Below, piece by piece: positions 61,914 to 64,000 of a DNA stretch of 64,000 nucleotides. Position 1 is the stretch's first letter. Each line of letters begins with the position of its first letter. Location: the NCBI GenBank assembly GCA_945890205.1, contig CAMDCL010000003.1, positions 3,523 to 67,522 of the forward strand, written 5' to 3'. The notes beneath the pieces were generated by a model, which saw only the letters and a list, made by a program, of their open reading frames with translations, did no database searches and had not been told where the DNA came from. Both the position numbers and the translations under genes were made by a program. The DNA comes from Bifidobacterium breve. GTDB taxonomy: Bacteria > Actinomycetota > Actinomycetes > Nanopelagicales > Nanopelagicaceae.

Positions 61914-61941
61914 TTGACATTCCGGAGGGTGAAAGTAATCT
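61914..61941 (+). promoter_or_regulatory. Sigma70-type promoter for the riboswitch and ABC operon
   Basis: TTGACA-16-TAATCT, ending 7 nt before the aptamer P1. Confidence 0.65.
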
Positions 61942-61944
61942 TGG

Positions 61945-62058
61945 CAACGGTCACGAGTTCCAGCATCAAGCCCCGGCTAACTGGACGGCAACCCTCCACC
62001 GCGGCGGGGTGCTCCGGGTGAAGACCAGGCCGATAGCCAACATCATCGGCAAGCGTGG
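61945..62058 (+). ncRNA. SAM-IV riboswitch
   Basis: GGTCACGAG..CCAGC..CAAGCCCCGGC...CTGG.CGGCAACCCTCC..CGCGGCGGGGTGCTCCGGGTGAAGACC matches the actinobacterial SAM-IV pattern as I recall it; GGTC/GACC P1; 3' GCCGAT/ATCGGC hairpin. Confidence 0.88.
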
Positions 62059-62126
62059 GTCTAACTAACTGCACTTAACCCGTTAGTTTGGTTAGTGATG
62101 ATCCCCTGACACATTAGGAGATTGAG

Positions 62127-62981
62127 TTGAGCTTATTAAGTAAGAAAAGCGGAATATTTTCAGCTGTTGTAATCGCAGCAGCGTTAACACTTTCAGGATG
62201 TTCATCATCGGATTCATCAACATCTGAATCAGCATCATGCGAAAAGGCAGATCTCGCCTTGGTAACTGAAGGCAAGCTAACAATCGCAACTGGCGAGCCT
62301 GCTTACTACCCATGGATCATTGATGATGCACCAGAGACTGGAAACGGTTTTGAAGGTGCGGTTGCATACGCAGTTGCTCAGCAGCTCGGATTTGATGCAG
62401 CAGATGTCACATGGGTTCGTACAACATTTGATTCAGCTGTAACACCAGGAGAAAAGAACTTTGACTTTAACTTGCAGCAGTTCTCAATTACAGAAGAGCG
62501 CAAGAATGCTGTTGATTTCTCATCTCCTTACTACACAGCACCACAGGCAATCGTTTCATTTAAGGGAAGCAAGATCGATGGAAAGACAACTCTTGCAGAG
62601 CTAAAGGGTGCAAAGCTTGGCGCAGCTGTTGGAACAACATCATTAGATGCGATTGAAAACCAGATCGGTTCAACACCACAGGTATTCAATGACAATGCAG
62701 CTGGAGTATCTGCACTTAAGAACAAGCAGATTGATGGTCTAGTAGTAGATCTACCAACCGCTTTTTATCTTGCAGGTGTTGAAGTTCCAAACGGTCTAAT
62801 CGTTGGTCAGTTGCCATCTACTGGCTCAGGAGATCAATTTGGCCTACTACTCACTAAGGGTAGCCAGCTGACTTCATGTGTTTCTGGTGCAGTCGATGCA
62901 ATCACTGCAGATGGAACATTGGCGGCAATTACAGAGAAGTGGCTAGCAACCGATGCTGGCGCTCCTGTATTGAAGCCGTAA
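62127..62981 (+). CDS. Polar amino-acid ABC transporter substrate-binding lipoprotein
   Basis: Lipobox LSGC; family-3 SBP motifs (FSITEER, VDFSSPYY, DGTLAAITEKW); RBS AGGAG. Confidence 0.9.
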   Translation: MSLLSKKSGIFSAVVIAAALTLSGCSSSDSSTSESASCEKADLALVTEGKLTIATGEPAYYPWIIDDAPETGNGFEGAVAYAVAQQLGFDAADVTWVRTTFDSAVTPGEKNFDFNLQQFSITEERKNAVDFSSPYYTAPQAIVSFKGSKIDGKTTLAELKGAKLGAAVGTTSLDAIENQIGSTPQVFNDNAAGVSALKNKQIDGLVVDLPTAFYLAGVEVPNGLIVGQLPSTGSGDQFGLLLTKGSQLTSCVSGAVDAITADGTLAAITEKWLATDAGAPVLKP

Positions 62982-63017
62982 TAGAAACTAAGAAGTAAAA
63001 GCGGTAGTTTGGCGACC

Positions 63018-63884
63018 ATGTCAGAGAAGAAAAGCTCTGCGTGGTCGCCAAGCTCACGTGAGATTCAACGCCGTAAGTCTCGGCGTGCGATAAGCCGCAA
63101 GCAAGCAGGTATTGCTGCGGCTTCTTCCATTTTTGTTCTCGGCACACTGCTGATAATTCTTGTAACAAGCCCAGGCTGGGAAACGGTTAAGACCACCTTC
63201 TTTGATATTGAATATGGCAAAGAGGTATTTCCAACTGTCATCAAAGGATTGTGGATCAATTTGCAGCTCACATTTATCGGGGGAGCAGCGATTGGAGTAA
63301 TTGCATTAGGTCTTGCCCTTGTGCGAACTACAAAATCTCCAGCACTTACTCCATTTAGATTTCTCGCAACGGCATATGTAGATATTTTCCGTGGCGCACC
63401 ACTTATCTTGATTATTTTGTTAGTTGGTTTTGGAGTTCCCGCACTAGGTTTGCGTGGAGTATCTAGCAATGTAATTTTCTTAGGAACAGTTGCAGTTGTT
63501 CTTACCTACTCTGCCTATGTTGCCGAAGTTATCCGAAGTGGAATCTTGTCGATTCACCCAAGCCAGCGAGCCGCAGCGAGATCTCTGGGATTAACCTCGG
63601 GCCAAACTATGCGCTTTGTTGTTCTGCCTCAGGCGATCAGACGAGTTGTTCCACCCTTGCTCAATGACTTTGTCTCCTTACTGAAGGACACAGGCTTGGT
63701 ATCAATCTTGGGTGTTACAGATGCGGTACGTGCCGCGCAGATCAACGCCAGCCGTACCTTTAATTACACACCTTATGTTGTAGCAGCGATTTTGTTCCTG
63801 CTCATTACTATTCCAATGACACGCTACACAGATCGTGCAATCAGGCAACGCACCAACGCACAAAACTCTGAAGGTGCAATTTGA
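63018..63884 (+). CDS. Amino-acid ABC transporter permease
   Basis: YVDIFRG.P, SAYVAEVIRSG, AARSLG, VLPQA, LLKDT.L. Confidence 0.92.
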   Translation: MSEKKSSAWSPSSREIQRRKSRRAISRKQAGIAAASSIFVLGTLLIILVTSPGWETVKTTFFDIEYGKEVFPTVIKGLWINLQLTFIGGAAIGVIALGLALVRTTKSPALTPFRFLATAYVDIFRGAPLILIILLVGFGVPALGLRGVSSNVIFLGTVAVVLTYSAYVAEVIRSGILSIHPSQRAAARSLGLTSGQTMRFVVLPQAIRRVVPPLLNDFVSLLKDTGLVSILGVTDAVRAAQINASRTFNYTPYVVAAILFLLITIPMTRYTDRAIRQRTNAQNSEGAI

Positions 63885-64000
63885 TGAGAAATGTTTTAGA
63901 GCTGGTAAATATTCGCAAATCTTTTGGAGCAGAGCTTGTTCTAAATGATCTATCTCTGACAGTGCCTGAGCACACCGCAACGGTTCTCATCGGTGCATCA
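63884..64000 (+). CDS. Amino-acid ABC transporter ATP-binding protein, 3' end outside the window
   Basis: Hand translation MRNVLELVNIRKSFGAELVLNDLSLTVPEHTATVLIGAS leads into a Walker A; ATG overlaps the permease stop. Confidence 0.85.
   Translation, partial: MRNVLELVNIRKSFGAELVLNDLSLTVPEHTATVLIGAS

Noticed and set aside
61856-62074. Short ORFs on both strands between ppdK and the ABC operon
   Set aside because: The region is explained by the operator, promoter and SAM-IV riboswitch.
1-64000. CRISPR array, rRNA, long tandem repeats, frameshifted pseudogenes
   Set aside because: None seen by eye; almost all sequence is intact coding DNA and intergenic gaps are too short for an array.

Overview
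Densely packed actinobacterial chromosome segment of mid-40s % GC by spot counts. Gene content and streamlining fit freshwater acI / Ca. Nanopelagicales such as Ca. Planktophila (inference). The core part, in order: folP-folB-folK, panC-coaX, lysS-argA, clpC, mutY-radA, proC, an unannotated 32-aa ribosomal protein bS22, a secreted metalloprotease-FN3-propeller protein, the XPB helicase locus, cytochrome c maturation system II, menA/E/B/C/D/F/G with bioY, a complete nuoA-N operon, polyprenyl synthase, rarD, yajQ and tRNA-Tyr(GTA). Directly after the tRNA is a ~9 kb accessory block encoding a mandelate-racemase-type enolase, an atypical SDR/epimerase, a stand-alone AceE-like ThDP enzyme, an SDR, a divergent GlpX and PPDK. 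All three of its upstream regulatory regions carry the same 19-bp palindrome (consensus ATTGTCAAC-N-GTTGACAAT). This is my best candidate for an undescribed catabolic/gluconeogenic regulon; its regulator and transporter are not in the window. The window ends with a SAM-IV riboswitch ahead of a polar amino-acid ABC transporter. Other signals: many leaderless TANNNT-N6-ATG promoters, a structured panC leader, a GC-rich/TGCA-poor codon shift upstream of promoters (extreme in menG), and absence of hem, rex, disA and lsr2 from their usual syntenic positions. No CRISPR array, integrase or transposase was seen.
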